In this document: positions 14,156-27,776 of the stretch, piece after piece
Position numbering within the stretch: position 1 is the first letter of the stretch
Layout: the number at the start of each line of letters is the position of its first letter
From: the human T2T-CHM13v2.0 reference genome, Homo sapiens
NCBI RefSeq assembly: GCF_009914755.1
Contig: NC_060930.1
Reading direction: 5' to 3' (one strand)
DNA: 64,000 bases
Notes under the pieces: generated by a model
What the model was told of the DNA's origin: nothing
What the model saw: the letters and a program-made list of their open reading frames with translations, nothing else
Database searches by the model: none
Position numbers and translations under genes: made by a program

Positions 14156-15253
14156 GAAGTACATCTAACTGCTGTTAGAATAAGGATAAGGACAATGACT
14201 AATCTTAACTGCTTTCTACTGATAGGAGGCACTATTCTGAGCAAACAGCAGCCAGATATCCCTCAGAGGCCTATCTAAGGGTCCTCAGTAAAAGGGGGCC
14301 ATGGTTTGAGGCTCCTGTTGCATGATCATTTGGAGTTTGATGGCCTGAAGGTAAGAAGAGACAAACTGGGTTATTAGAAGATATGTATCAAATGAAACAA
14401 AGATGGGGTTATGGACAGCTCAAAAATCCTGAGGCTGCCAGCACATCCAGATAACTGGTGGCTATAGTTATGGATGCTAAGGTTTGGGTGCATGGGGCTT
14501 GGCTTTGGTTGGCACCCTTGGTCTTATTTTCCCAAAAAAGAAATCTCCAGGTTACGGGCACCCTATTTACTCCTGTCACCTAGCAGGATTTGCAGGATAA
14601 TTTCCCAGAACTAGAATTTGATCTAGATTTTTATATTACCCATCCTTTTTTGTTTCTTCTGAGTGGCAGCTGGAGATCACTAGTTGGTTCACAGGAATAA
14701 GCAGGGTTACTTTAAAATGTAGGTGAAAAACTTAAAAACAACTGATGAATCTAGAATTTAATGACAAATGTATGATAAGTTTTGAAACATAATTTCTTTC
14801 TCCAGTCCTCATTTTTGTTGAAAACAAATCGTGATAGGACTAAGTTGTTTGCAAAATAAACTTGGTCTTATACTTGGCCTGATTATTTGCATAAAGTGCA
14901 GTAAGGATAATTACTTTTACATAGGCTTCTTAAATTGGCTTTGATGGAACTTTGTCCCACAAGGAATCTCACATAGGACTTTTTAAAGCTGAGCCCAGCC
15001 ATGGGTTTGTGTCCTCAAACACCTATGAGTTGGGTGAATTCCTCTCTTCTTGAGGTCCCAAGAATATGAGGTTCCTGGGCCTGTTAGAAAGTGACATTAT
15101 TTACTCACCACAGGTTAGGGACCCTGTACAGGGACTGTGTAGACAAGGTATGAGGTCGGTTTTCCTAAGGGGCTTTTATTGGCTCTGCAAGTCAAGCTTG
15201 ATTCTTTGGAGTAAAGCATACCCTTTCAGTCAAAGCCTTGGTAAAACAACTGG

Positions 15254-15613
15254 TGATATGGCTTGGCTGTGTCCTCACCCAAATCTCATTTCAAATTGTA
15301 GATCCTATAATTCCCAAGTGTTATGGGAGAGACTCAGTGGGAGATAATTGAATCATGGAGGCAGTTTCCCCCATACTGTTCTCATGGTAGTGAATAAGTC
15401 TCATGAGATCTGATGGTTTTATAAGGGGAACCCCCTTTCACTTGGTTCTCATTCTCTTGCCTGCTACCATATAAGATGTCCCTTTCACCTTCCACCATGA
15501 TTGTGAGGCCTCTCCAGCCACATGGAACTGTGAATCCATGAAACCTCTTTATTTATAAATTAAATATAAATTTGGGTATGTCTTTATCAGCACTATGAAA
15601 ATGAACTAATACA
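15254..15613 (+). mobile_element. THE1C-like LTR nested in the provirus
   Basis: tgatatggcttggctgtgtcctcacccaaatctc...aactaataca; flanks actgg / accag (degenerate TSD). Confidence 0.9.
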
Positions 15614-18600
15614 ACCAGTTTCTCCAATTGCATCCTGTTGCAAAAGAAAATGGATTCTTATTGCACTGATGCAAATAACCATATTGCCATAAGTTAAGAA
15701 TACTCACAGACAGTTTCTAAATTCTAGAGGAAACAGGGAGAGAGAGACAAACATGCTCCAAATTTTGTTCACAGGAGTCTACCTTACTCAATTATCAAAG
15801 ACTATAAATATCTCAAAATGAAAGTTTCCTTGACTCTGAAAAAAACAAAACAAAGACCAGCAATGTTTTAAGCAAAAGTTAAAAAAAGATTACTTCAGTT
15901 TTCTATTAGTTCAGTCCATTCAGTTAACTCTTGTTCTGCTTGATATTCATGAACATTTCAGCTTTTCATGAGTCTGGTACATTTTTTCTTTATTCCAATG
16001 TCACAGTCTACAAAGTTATCAGCTAACTGCATTTGAGAGCACCTGACAAAGTTCTATAGCTGCTTATAAACCATCTTTTGAAGATGGTCAAAACAAGACA
16101 CCAATTGTGAATAACAAAATGCTCAGGGTAACTACAGTCTAAAACACGATTGACAAAAAAATTTGGTTATCTCTGTGGTTTACAATAATTTAACATAACA
16201 CATTTCATTGTGATTAATATCAAAATTAGACATTAGAATTTTAGAAATCACAGACAATTTTGGAACTTAATATTATTCACTAAAATATAACTTGAATAAG
16301 ATTAAACATCATTTTGGCAATCCCATGTACCTAAACATGTCAGGTAATTCTGTTTACCTCTCATCTGGATGCTCCAGGGGCCCTCAGTAGCATCCAAAAG
16401 CTAGCAGACAGGAAAAACAAGTTTGAAGCTGAAATTTGATTTTGGGAAGCCTGTTAAATATGTTTGAGGTTTAAAACATTTGATGGTATGCACTTGATGG
16501 TATGAAATAGAATTCAGATTACCGTAAGTTATTTATTTTGCCAAAATGAATAACTCAACAATTTTTAAACCAGGCAAAAGCTTTTACTCATTTAAAGGGA
16601 AGACTTAGCTTTCCAAACAATTTGTCTCCTGTCTTCTCTTTCTTTCACTTCGCAGTCTATCTGCAAGGCAAACAGAAATCTTTCATTATCCTTTACTATT
16701 ACATGAAAATCTTGTAAAAGGGAGAGAAAGCCAAATTTTACCCTTATATTAGTTTGCTATTCATGTCAACCCAAAGTTTTTAAATGAAATCTTACAATTC
16801 TATCCAATCCTAACCAGTTTGACCATGAGGTAAGATTCTTATACACCTTTTATAACACTTTACAAATCCTGCTAAAGAGCAGATTTGTGCCTTAAGATAA
16901 CCTTGTTGTGCTTTTATTTCAATGCTCAACTTATAGAAAAACCATATAATACACTTTGGAATTTAGTCAATGTTCACACACAGAATTTCTTTTGCAAGAT
17001 TAATTTTTAGAAACCTTGCATAACTTGTTTAAACATTTAGCTTTATCTTATGTAATTTGAAACAATCCTTTAACCCTAGGCAAAAATTTTACCTTTCCAT
17101 GCCTTCTTATAATCTTTTAATAAAAACAAATTTTACTGTTCTTACACACCTCGCATGGAAATCCATTTTCAGTGGTCTCAATTACATGTTATAATGGCAA
17201 CTCTTAGCAATTTTTAGTTTTAATGTAAAACCTGGTAAGTTGTTTTAATTATGCACCAGGTGCCAATAAAGTTTGATTCCTTCTAGCATAGTTAAGGGTG
17301 TGGTTAATTCCATATGTCCCCAGGCCTTACCAAGTTGTAAAGCTCACAAGTTGAACTGTTTTCAAAGGCCAAAGAAGCAGTTTACAACCTTAAAACATTT
17401 AGCAAATCTAGGATCTTACTTGCATAATTTAGACCACCTATTTATATTTTAATGACATTTGCATTTTACCCATAATCTTTAAGACAGTTTTTATTTGTCA
17501 AAGATTAAAGTCACATGAACTAAAAGGTATTACAGCTTTTATCTTTCCTTCAAAAAATATTTGATCTAAGCACTTATTTTCCTTTGAGCCAATTAATTAG
17601 AGCTCTTTTTTTATAGACATCACACACAACACATATATAGCTACACAGACAAACAGGAGAAGATCTAGTAGTTATAAGATTTTTCATTTGCCAATGTTCT
17701 AATTGGATTATTGTCCTTTGGATGGGGCCCTTTAAGAACAGGGCTAGGAAAACATGCTGTTTCTGGGGCCTGATAAACAGGTATAGCAGGAAGACAAAAA
17801 GAGATTTTGAGAGGTATTTATCCACCTTCAATTCCTGGGGTTCCATGAGGAAAACAGAGGTTTCTGCCAAAATGGAATCCTTGCTACATTTTCTGTTTTT
17901 CCCAAAGAGTCCCAGGGCATCACAAGTTATCTTAGGGCATCTCATGCATGCATTAAGAGTGGCAAGACAAGGTGGAGAAGAGTAATTCAGTTGACTGAGA
18001 AAAAAACTTTTTCCAGCAAAACAAGATCCAAGAAGAGAAAAACATAAAGGCCTTTTAAGTGTATCTATAACTTAGATGTCCACTTTTAATTAAGCTGAGT
18101 GCTCTTTAAGAAAATCCTTTAAATGCCTTATTACCCAATTTTGGCTACAGTATAGTGGCCAATATTTCTGGCTCTTGAACTTTACCAAAAGTCACCTCAC
18201 AGCTGAAACCAACAAGCCTCAATTAAGACACCAGGTTGGCTACAGCTTAAGACCAACTTCATAAATTCTTTTTCATTAATCAAAACTTTATAGAGAATGT
18301 AAACAGTGATCCTTATCATTCCTTTTACCAGTTTGCAGAGGGAAAGAGAGGTCAAAAGTCCAACTGGCAAAAAAACGCTTTTACCCTTTTGCTGGCATGT
18401 CAGGCTTCTGGGTTCCCTTCCCCCAAGCTCAGTTCTAAACCAGCCAGTTTAGGTTTGGGACATTAACTTTTCTCAGTTTGGAGGGTGCATCTGAGGCGAG
18501 TGTCCTCTAGTGCGAAGACACAATTACCCATTTGTGAAGAGTAAACAGAGGAGGAAAAAGGAAAAAAAACAAGGCTTTTTTTTTTTTTTTTTTCAAAGGA

Positions 18601-19352
18601 TCCCAAGGGTTTCAGGATGCATTTGAAATGGGGACAGACTGAAGATGAATGGCTACTCATCTAGAAAGAGGGGAGCCAGGCATCTGTTTCCTTTCTCTTC
18701 CTAGTAAATACCCTGGGTATGTGAGAGAGAGAAGGAAAAATTATCCTCTTTCCTTCTTCTGTCCTTATATCCCCAAGTCCCGGTGACCTTGACAGGGTGC
18801 CGCCCATGGATGTTAATGCGGCTTTCACCCATGCTAATAGGGGGTCTGGGAGTGGGAATATCCACACTTCCTCACACACGGCCTTTCTCTCTGCCATTGG
18901 TGGCCTTCAAATTCCCTGGACCTCATTTATGCCATGGATACTAGCATGACCTTTATTCATGAAATGGGAGGCCTGGCTTAATAGACAGGAATTAATCATG
19001 CTCACATGTGCTGTGTCTTTTAAATTCTGTTGTCATCTGCCTGTGGATCGCTCAGATCCATTTTTCTTTCCTAGGGCTTCAACCTGAAGCTTGGAGTTGA
19101 GTTGGGAAAAAAGAACTGCCTCAGTGGGGAAGCACAGACTCATCAAGCCCCATGTGCCTCTTGACAGCTTGGCTGTTGCCTCCTTATCCTAAGCTGAATG
19201 CTAAGGTGAAAATGTGGAATTGAGTCCTTCTCAAACAAGGGAGGGAAAAACGGTGTCCTGTAATTGGGGTCCTGGTCTAGTAAGATGCCTTCCAAGAGGA
19301 AAAAGCCTCTGGCATAGCTATAGAAGCTCCCACTACTCACAGAGATGTGTTA

Positions 19353-19432
19353 TTAAGTTGGTGCAAAAGCAATCATGGTCCCCACCATTGTAAATAATGG
19401 CAAAAACCACAACTACTTTCACACCAACCCAC
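19353..19432. mobile_element. MADE1 (Hsmar1-derived MITE) nested in the provirus
   Basis: ttaagttggtgcaaaagcaat...aatggcaaaaaccacaactactttcacaccaacc; ~80-bp degenerate palindrome after a TA. Confidence 0.88.
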
Positions 19433-20136
19433 CAACTTTTGACCTGCTGGAGAAAAGAAAACAAACAAACAAACAAAAAAACAGATTAAATGCAGGGCTG
19501 TGTTAACTACTGACAAGGTAGAGAAAAGAAAAAAACAGCTTAAGTATGGGGCACAGAAGATGCCTGGGGGAAGAATCTCTTATTCTTATGCAAATGGGTT
19601 TCTCCAATAGGCAGAGAAACTTTTAATTGATGTCAGACCAAGCTGGACCCCTCGGCTGGGGGAGGAGAAGACTCTGTGGACATATGGTGGGGGACACTGA
19701 CCAGCCAGCCATGTGGGGCCTGGGGCCCTGAGACCGCCCTGGGGCCCGGGCAGTGGCTATGGCTCAGTCCTGTCCTGCATGGCCATTGGATGCCATGTGC
19801 ACAGGCAGCAGACACGGTCATGCACCCTAGCAGGGAGGGAAGATGAGGGTGCAGGGAGCAGCTGTTTGCCCATCCATCCTGTGCGTACACCTGTGGCCAT
19901 TGGGGTGGGGTTGGAACACCTCAAATATTGTAAGAGAAAAGATAGGTGCTATTACAGTTCACCTGCAAAAAAAGGAAAATCCATAGAAAAGACTGGGTTG
20001 AACTGAGGCTGACATTCCCAACCCCTTGCAGGGGGGCCAGTTTGCCCTGCCCTCAGAAAATATCTGAGGATGAGAAAGCTCAGTAACAAAAGGGAACGAG
20101 ATTTTTGGGTCTGCATTTTACTCACCCTTCCTCATG

Positions 20137-20154
20137 TCCCCATATGGGCTACCA
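20137..20154 (-). other. Primer binding site, tRNA-Ile-like
   Basis: Minus strand TGGTAGCCCATATGGGGA vs tRNA-Ile complement TGGTGGCCCGTACGGGGA (15/18; two mismatches are CpG decay), 3 nt from the LTR end. Confidence 0.8.
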
Positions 20155-20157
20155 CAA

Positions 20158-20582
20158 TGATGCAGGATTTTTTGCTCCTTAGTTCAGCCAAATCTGGGTT
20201 CTTGTCTCACAACCAGGAAAAATTAGGCGTGTAGACATATCGAAAGGTGAGGAGGGTGGAATTTATTAAGCGAAAGGAAAGCTCTCAACAAAAAGAGGGG
20301 TCCTGTATGCAGGTTTTCCACTTTACAAAAATTGAATACCAGGCCACCACACATGAGCTGAAGAGGCCTGAGTCCTCCCCTGCATAAGGTATGCATTCCT
20401 GGTGGGTCCACCCCATTCTTCCAGTGCACGTGCCGGTCCTTAGTCTGAGCCACTCCACATTGATTTATTTTCCTTACTGTGGATGTGTTAAGGGATGGGA
20501 TTTTTCTCACTGTGGGCATGTTTAGTCAAGCCCCCTGTGCCCAATGACCTGGGCAGCATTTGACTATCTCCTGCCTCTATTA
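20158..20582 (-). repeat. 5' LTR of provirus
   Basis: Direct repeat of 13702-14141, adjacent to the PBS. Confidence 0.92.
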
Positions 20583-22399
20583 CAACCATAGGCAATTTCC
20601 TAAAAAAATAAAATTCTTAATTTTATAGATGAGAAATATCACCTTATTACTTTTAGTTTCCATTTTAGAAAAGTAAAAGAGATTCTCTTCAAGTTTTTCT
20701 AATGTCAATTTAGAGTTTTTCTTAATGATTCGTATGGTTCAATGTGCTGAAGATATTAATTAGTCCTACACATACTTTTGTCATTTATTATTGTGTACAT
20801 TATGCTTAAAACAGCATGTATATATACATATGCATGAATATATATATATATGCAGTTTAAAGAAAAATAATATAGTAAATACCCATGATTCCAAAACAGC
20901 CTTGAGAAATAGAAGATTAACATCACCTTAAGCCCTCTTGTATGTTCATTCCTTACTTACCACTTTTCCTCTCTCCCCACCTCAAAGGTGACCATGAACT
21001 TGAAATTTGTATAAATTGTTGCCTTCCTTTTTATAGTTTAAAAATATCTATGTTCAATTTTGCCTGCTTTTGCACTTTATGAGATAATATGGTATATACT
21101 GTACTATGGCTTATTTATGTATTTTTGCAGAATTTTGATTTTAAGATTCATTCATGCTAATGCATGAAGTTGTAGGTCATTCACTTCCATTGCTTTATGT
21201 TATTTCATTGACAAACATTTGGAATGTTTACACTGTTATGTTTTTATAAGCAATGCTGCCAACACATGCCATCCATGTGGGGTAGTCGGCTATCACCTGG
21301 TAGACATGCTCTGGGGTTTTTCTAGGGATATCACTAAAAGTGGAACTGCTCAGACTTCCATGTATGCTTATACACAGCTTTATTTGGTAATACAAAATTG
21401 CTTCTCAATCTAATTGTACTCATTTATAATACCTTTGGCAATGTATAAGAATTGTAGTTGCTCCACATCTTTGCTACGTAGTATTGTCAAACTAATTTTT
21501 GCCAACATAATGGTTTTGAAATTTTATTTTATTATGATTTTGATTTGTATCTGTTGGCCACTCCTGTTTCCTTATCTTCATTTGTGTCCTTTGGCTATTT
21601 TTTAATTGTGTACCTTCTCTTACTGACTCATATCTTTATATATTCTGAAAAATAATTATTTGATTATTACATGTTATGCAATAATCTTCTTTCAGTTTAT
21701 GGCTTGTCTTTTTTACTTTGTGTGCCTTTTTTTGTCTTTATATGCCTTCTCTGAACAGAAAAACCTTGATTTGAATATAGTTGAGTCCCTCAATCTTTGC
21801 TGTATGGTTTGTGCTTGTTGTGTCTGGCTTAGGGAATCTTTCTCTGTTTCAGGGTTTTAAATATATCTTCCTATATCAACTTCTGAAAATATTGCAGTTT
21901 TGATCGTCACATTTAAGTCTTTAACTCACCTAAAAATTATTTTTGTGTATGGTTTGAGGAAGGGATCTATTTAAAATATTTCCATATGGATGAACATTTG
22001 CTCCAGTACCATTTACTTCTTTTTTCTCTACTGAGCCGCAATTTTGCCTCTGGCATATTTTGAATTTCCATATGTATATGTCTACTTCTGGGTGCTACGT
22101 TCTGCTCTTGTTGTCTATTTGTCCATCTCTCTTGCAATACCACATGGTCCACCTTTTTCTTTCTTTCTTTTTTTTTTTTTAATATAATCAGTCTTGCTAT
22201 CTGGTAGGACAAATTGCATATTCTTGGCTTGGCCTTTTTTATGCTTTTACATCAGTTTATAAATCATCTTGTCAAGTTTCAGAAAAAGAAACCCAAAGCC
22301 AAAAAAAAAAAAAAAGCACCCTATAGTTATTTTAATTAGAATTGCTTAAATCTTTGGAGCAATTTAGGAAAAACTGACTCTATAATAATAACTCTTTCT

Positions 22400-22603
22400 A
22401 GCCTAGGCAACATGGCGAAACCCCATCTCTACAAAAAATTAGCCGGATATGGTGGCATGTTCCTGTATTTCCGTCTAGTCAGGAGGCTGAGGTGGGAGGA
22501 TCACCTGAGCACAGGAGGTCAAGGCTGCAGTGAGTTGTGATCACACCACTGCTCTCCAATCTTGGTGACAGAGTGAGACTGTGTCTCAATAATAATAATA
22601 ATA
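22400..22603 (+). mobile_element. 5'-truncated AluJ with (AAT)n tail
   Basis: Starts at agcctaggcaacatggcgaaaccc; J-type right arm gaggtcaaggctgcagtgag; TSD aataataactctt(t/c)ct. Confidence 0.9.
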
Positions 22604-23958
22604 ATAATAACTCTTCCTGTGAACGTTATGTTCCTCTTCATTTATTTATGTTTTCTTTAAGGCCTTTTAATATGTTTCCTACTTTGTATGTAAAGGTCTT
22701 GCACATCTTTGGTTAGATTTATTTCTAGGTGGCATATATTATTTTGTTGCTATGATAAATATTATCATTTTTTAAACATTGTTTTCTGTTTGTTGCTTAT
22801 GTCTATTGATCTCACAATTGGCAAACTTAAACATTCCTATTAACTCTATTATGTAGGCTATGCTGGGACGTTTTTTATTAATTATACTATCTACAAATAA
22901 TGCTTCCAATTTTTCAGAATTGCTTCTACATTTATTTTTTGTTTTATATTTGTTTAAAATGTATACATAGGGCCAAGGTCAAATCTCCAAAACAAGGAAT
23001 ATTTAGAGAAATCTAATGTCCTTCTGCCCACATATGTGGCTTTCAGTTTATCCTTATATTAAAAAAGTAATTCTTCTTACATTATCAGATAAATGATAAC
23101 ATACAATATTCACTTTTTTACACTTTGGTTTTTTCTCTAAGAAAACATCCTGGAGATCACTCTATAGCAGCAGATAGGGATGCTCGTTGTTGTCTTAAAC
23201 AGTTGTACAATATTCCATTATGTTGTGAACCATAGTTAATTTAACTAGTCTCCTATAGGGGGATATTTGAATTACTTCTTTTTTTTTTCTGTTACAATTG
23301 TTTTAATTAATAGCCTTCTGTAAAATCTTTAATGTTTTTGTAAGTGTGTCTTTGATGATTGTCACTTGGAATAAGATTGTTAGATCAATGAACATGCGCA
23401 TTCATAATTTGGTTTGATGTGGAAGGCCATATAACTTTTCATCCTCTCCAGCAATATCTCAGAATTCCTGTCTCCACACAAACTCCCCAACAAGGTATTT
23501 TGTCAAACATTTGGATTTTGCTAGTCTGATACAAGAGAAATAGTATCTTAAAGTAGTTGTAATATGCATTTCCCTTGGCATAAATAATGGTTTAATATTT
23601 TTTCCTTTTTTTTTGGAGTTTTGTAGTTTCATGAAGATATTTCCAGGTGCAACTTTGTTTTTATTTATTTTGTTCAGGTTTCACCAGGTGTTCTGAATTT
23701 GAGAGTTTCTGTCTTTTACTGGAATATTCTTAGCCCACGATATCTTTGAATTTCGTCTTTCCATTATTTCCTTTATTTTTTCCTCTTGGAAGAAATAATG
23801 TGGTTTTGACTGTCTTGTTCTATTCATATTAAGTTGATCTCTCTTTTATATTTTCTTAACACTTTGACTCTGTGCTGCATTACAGATGTTTCTTTCTCTC
23901 CCAGCACCTTTATTCCTTTATCAGCTGAATTTAATGTGCTATTTAATTTATTCACTGT

Positions 23959-24342
<384 letters not shown>

Positions 24343-25439
24343 TTAGTCTCTTCTTCCTTAACTATACTGTCCAACCCCTCTTTGATTTCTTTAAATATGT
24401 TAATACACTCACATTCTGTTTCTGACAATTCCCATATTTGCTGCCTTTGTGGATCTGAGTCTGTAGGATTTTTTAAAACTGACTCTTAATAATGATAATA
24501 TGGTACCTCATTTATTTATGCTTTTTGGTTGTGAGCTGATTATGGCCTGCGGTGCTTTTCCATAGAATTTTTGGAAAACTGAATTTAAAGAGTATTGCAC
24601 TAGAAATGATTTACGTGTGCTCTGTCAGGTGCCTAGAGACCAGCTTAAGATAAATTTTTGATTTGGATTTTTCCAGCCACATAGGTAGTATAAATTCTAG
24701 CCACAAACACAAGCTTATAGTCAGAAATTCTTAGGGGATATGTATTCTTTCCCAACCCTTATCCTGAGCTAAGGGTGAAATAGGCAAGCCTATTTCTGTG
24801 GACTGGTTTTTCCCGAGTTCATTAATTGAAGGTATTACTTTTCAGAGAGTGCTAGATTTATATAGTTTCTGATCCAGACCTCTCGCCCTATTAGTGTCCA
24901 GACTTTGTCTCTTGTCCCTTTTGCTAGTGCAACCTTTTAAAACCCAGGCACTGGGCCATCAGAGATTGGCAAATGCCAAATGCCGTATGGCATCTCCAGA
25001 GTCACCTTACCCCTGCGGAATTATTCCTACTCATCATTAATGGCTGCCAGTGGTCTACTTTCCTTTATTACTAGCTTAATCTTGCTTTCAAGTAGTCACT
25101 TTAAAAATTATTTGTGTATTTTTTAATTAAAAAATAACATACATACAAAAAAGTGCACAAGTTGTAAGTGTACACAGTATGATGCCTTTTTACAAACTGA
25201 ACATATCCTTGTCAGCACCCGATCAAGAGACAGATTATTACCAGCTTTTCAGAGTCTGCTCTTGTGCCTCTTCCCACTCATGACTGGATAGGTCAGAGCA
25301 ATGGGCTTAAGTGACAACGACCGTCCACAATATCACTAATCTAAGTGACATCATATTGAGTGAAAGCAGCCACATGTAAGAGAGTGCACACTGCAGCACT
25401 CCATTTATACATGGCCCACAGATAAGACAAAAGAGTTCT

Positions 25440-25619
25440 TTCTTATGCTTTGATCACCCTTTCGATGATCAGAACTCAGAACAGAATCTCTGCATATGTG
25501 GTTAGCTATTTGCTGGAAGTAGAACCCTGGTATTATATTTTGAGATACAGAAGTTTTAAATTTTACATAGCAAAATCTACTGATTTTCTCCTAGTGTTAT
25601 TCTTGCCATTTCATTTGAA
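25440..25619 (+). repeat. Donor copy of 180-bp local duplication
   Basis: ttcttatgctttgatcacc...catttcatttgaa, repeated at 28209-28390. Confidence 0.93.
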
Positions 25620-27776
25620 GAAAATCAGACATCTGTGTCTCTATAATGTTTTCTAGGTTTATTGTAAATACACTTTCTGAGGTTTGTTTTGGTTTAGTTC
25701 ATGTACTGTGACTTTCAGTTGATTGATTGTTCCAGAATAGTTTATTTATATGGTATTTCTGGGTTATAGCATTCTCTCCACTTTATTGTTTGTTCAAGCA
25801 CCAGTACATTGCTCTGTCTGTTCTTCTATTTTGATTACCATGGCTTTATATTATGTACTTTTTAATATATGTTAAGGCAAGTCCCACCTTATTATTCCCT
25901 GCATTTCTTTAGAAAATTTATTTAGTTATTCCTAACATTTGTTTTATTTTTTTACAGGTGAAAATTAGAACACTAGAGCTACACCCCACCCCAATATTCC
26001 CTTAGAATATTAACTAGAAGTACATGAATTCTATAAATATATTTAAATAGATTTAAAATAGCCAGCCAATAAAAGAATATGGCTCATCTTTCTATTTTCC
26101 AAATATCCTCTTATGTCTGTCAGTAATGTTGACACACTTCATTATGGTGTGAATTTACTATGTATTTATTATGAATGAGCTCTAATTTTACATTATATTT
26201 TCTAACATGCTATTGCTAGCATGTAGGACAATTATTGATTTTTAAATATATTTGTTTCATTTTCAGCTGCCCAATTAAATTATTTTATGTTGGTTCTAAT
26301 GGTTTTCATTTGATTCTCTTGTACTTTCTAGGTAAACAAACAAACAAACAAAAAATATGTACAAACAATGACAACCCTCTCCACTCTTTTCTGATATCTC
26401 CTATATCTTATATCCAATTGAATTGGCTAGACCAATGACAAATAATCATAATGCTAGTAGATATCTTTGTTCTCTTTTTAATAAGAATATAAAATAGTGT
26501 TGCTATAATTTTCTAGACATGAAATTATATTTAGCTGGTTATCAGCTTTTTTTCTGGCAGTCTTTATATATAGTGACTTTCTCATTTTTGTATATTGAAT
26601 TGTGGCCAGATGGAAAACACTTTCAAATTTTTTTCTGGAGGGATAAATGATTGGCATACTCTATGAGCCATACATATCTGAAATGGAGTCCTACTGTTTT
26701 CACATACAAGTATACCCAAACATCAAAATCTTGATTAAGTATAACATTCTTGAGCCTTCACATTTTTCTTTCAAAACTCTATTACTCTTCCATTTTTCTA
26801 AAATATAGTAATGCAGAAATGATTGAAGCATGCCTAATTTTAGATAATTTGTGCATAATGTAGAATCTTTCTAAATTTTTTTTCACTGGCTGAATATTGG
26901 TAGGATATTTTTGCTACCAATTTAATTTAATTTTTTTTCACTGTGCCTATAACATTGGAATTATTTGATTTTTGTCTTGAGTATGGTGAATTATTTCAAT
27001 CTGTGTGCTAATGTGTTTATTTGGCCAACAAAAATTATCTGAATTATGTCTGACTTTCTTGTCTGTCCTAATTGTTCCATAGTCCTCATAAACAACTATA
27101 ATTCTATGATTTAATTTTTTATTCTGTGCAATTTTATCTATAATATTAGTTTTTATATTGCCTTTTATTTCCCTGGTCTTGTTGCTTCATTCTTTTCCAC
27201 TGTTTCAAACTTGCGGGAATTTTGGAACTTATTCAACATTACTAATTCAGTTTTCTGTAGTTTGATCTTTCTATTTACTGTTGTTAATTTGAATATAAAC
27301 ACTGTAAATCCCACAACAATTTGCTCTATAATAATGCTAATTCTCATATAACAATTGACTGCCTTCCTTTGCATAGCCAAATTCTAAGGCAGAGAAAGTT
27401 AAATTTCTTATCCTCTTGGGAGAATAGGGTTTGACTGGGAAGATGAGGCCAACAAAGAAATAATAGGCTTTTTAGGAAGTGCAGAGGGAGAGGGATAGTT
27501 CCCTCTTCTCAGGGTTGTTTCAGTCCAAATTTGCCAACTTGGGCTGATAAATAAGCATCATCCACTTAGGAGACTCCTGGAATTGCTGCCATGATCCTGG
27601 GAGCCCCCAGCAGCCACAGGGCCTAGAATTGCCCCTCAACATTGAAGTGGCATAAACAGTCATTACCTAGTGGTGCCAAACAGTGGCCAAGAGCAACGTG
27701 GATTTGGATGGTGCAGTGTGATCCCTTGTAATAACACAACTCTGTATTTTATGTGGTTGAATTTTGGGACTTTCAC

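Larger units (their letters stand above)
13702..20582 (-). mobile_element. Full-length MER61-like ERV1 (MER4-group) provirus, non-coding
   Basis: Two direct LTRs (13702-14141, 20158-20582), 4-bp TSD caac at 13698-13701 and 20583-20586, PPT and PBS in the correct positions, no long gag/pol/env ORF. The structure is seen directly; the family name is from memory. Confidence 0.88.

Noticed and set aside
17574-17985. 123 aa and 87 aa ORFs in the provirus
   Set aside because: No Gag/Pol/Env motifs recognised
19630-19910. GC-rich patch as a CpG island or promoter
   Set aside because: Short, CpG-depleted and explained as the proviral leader
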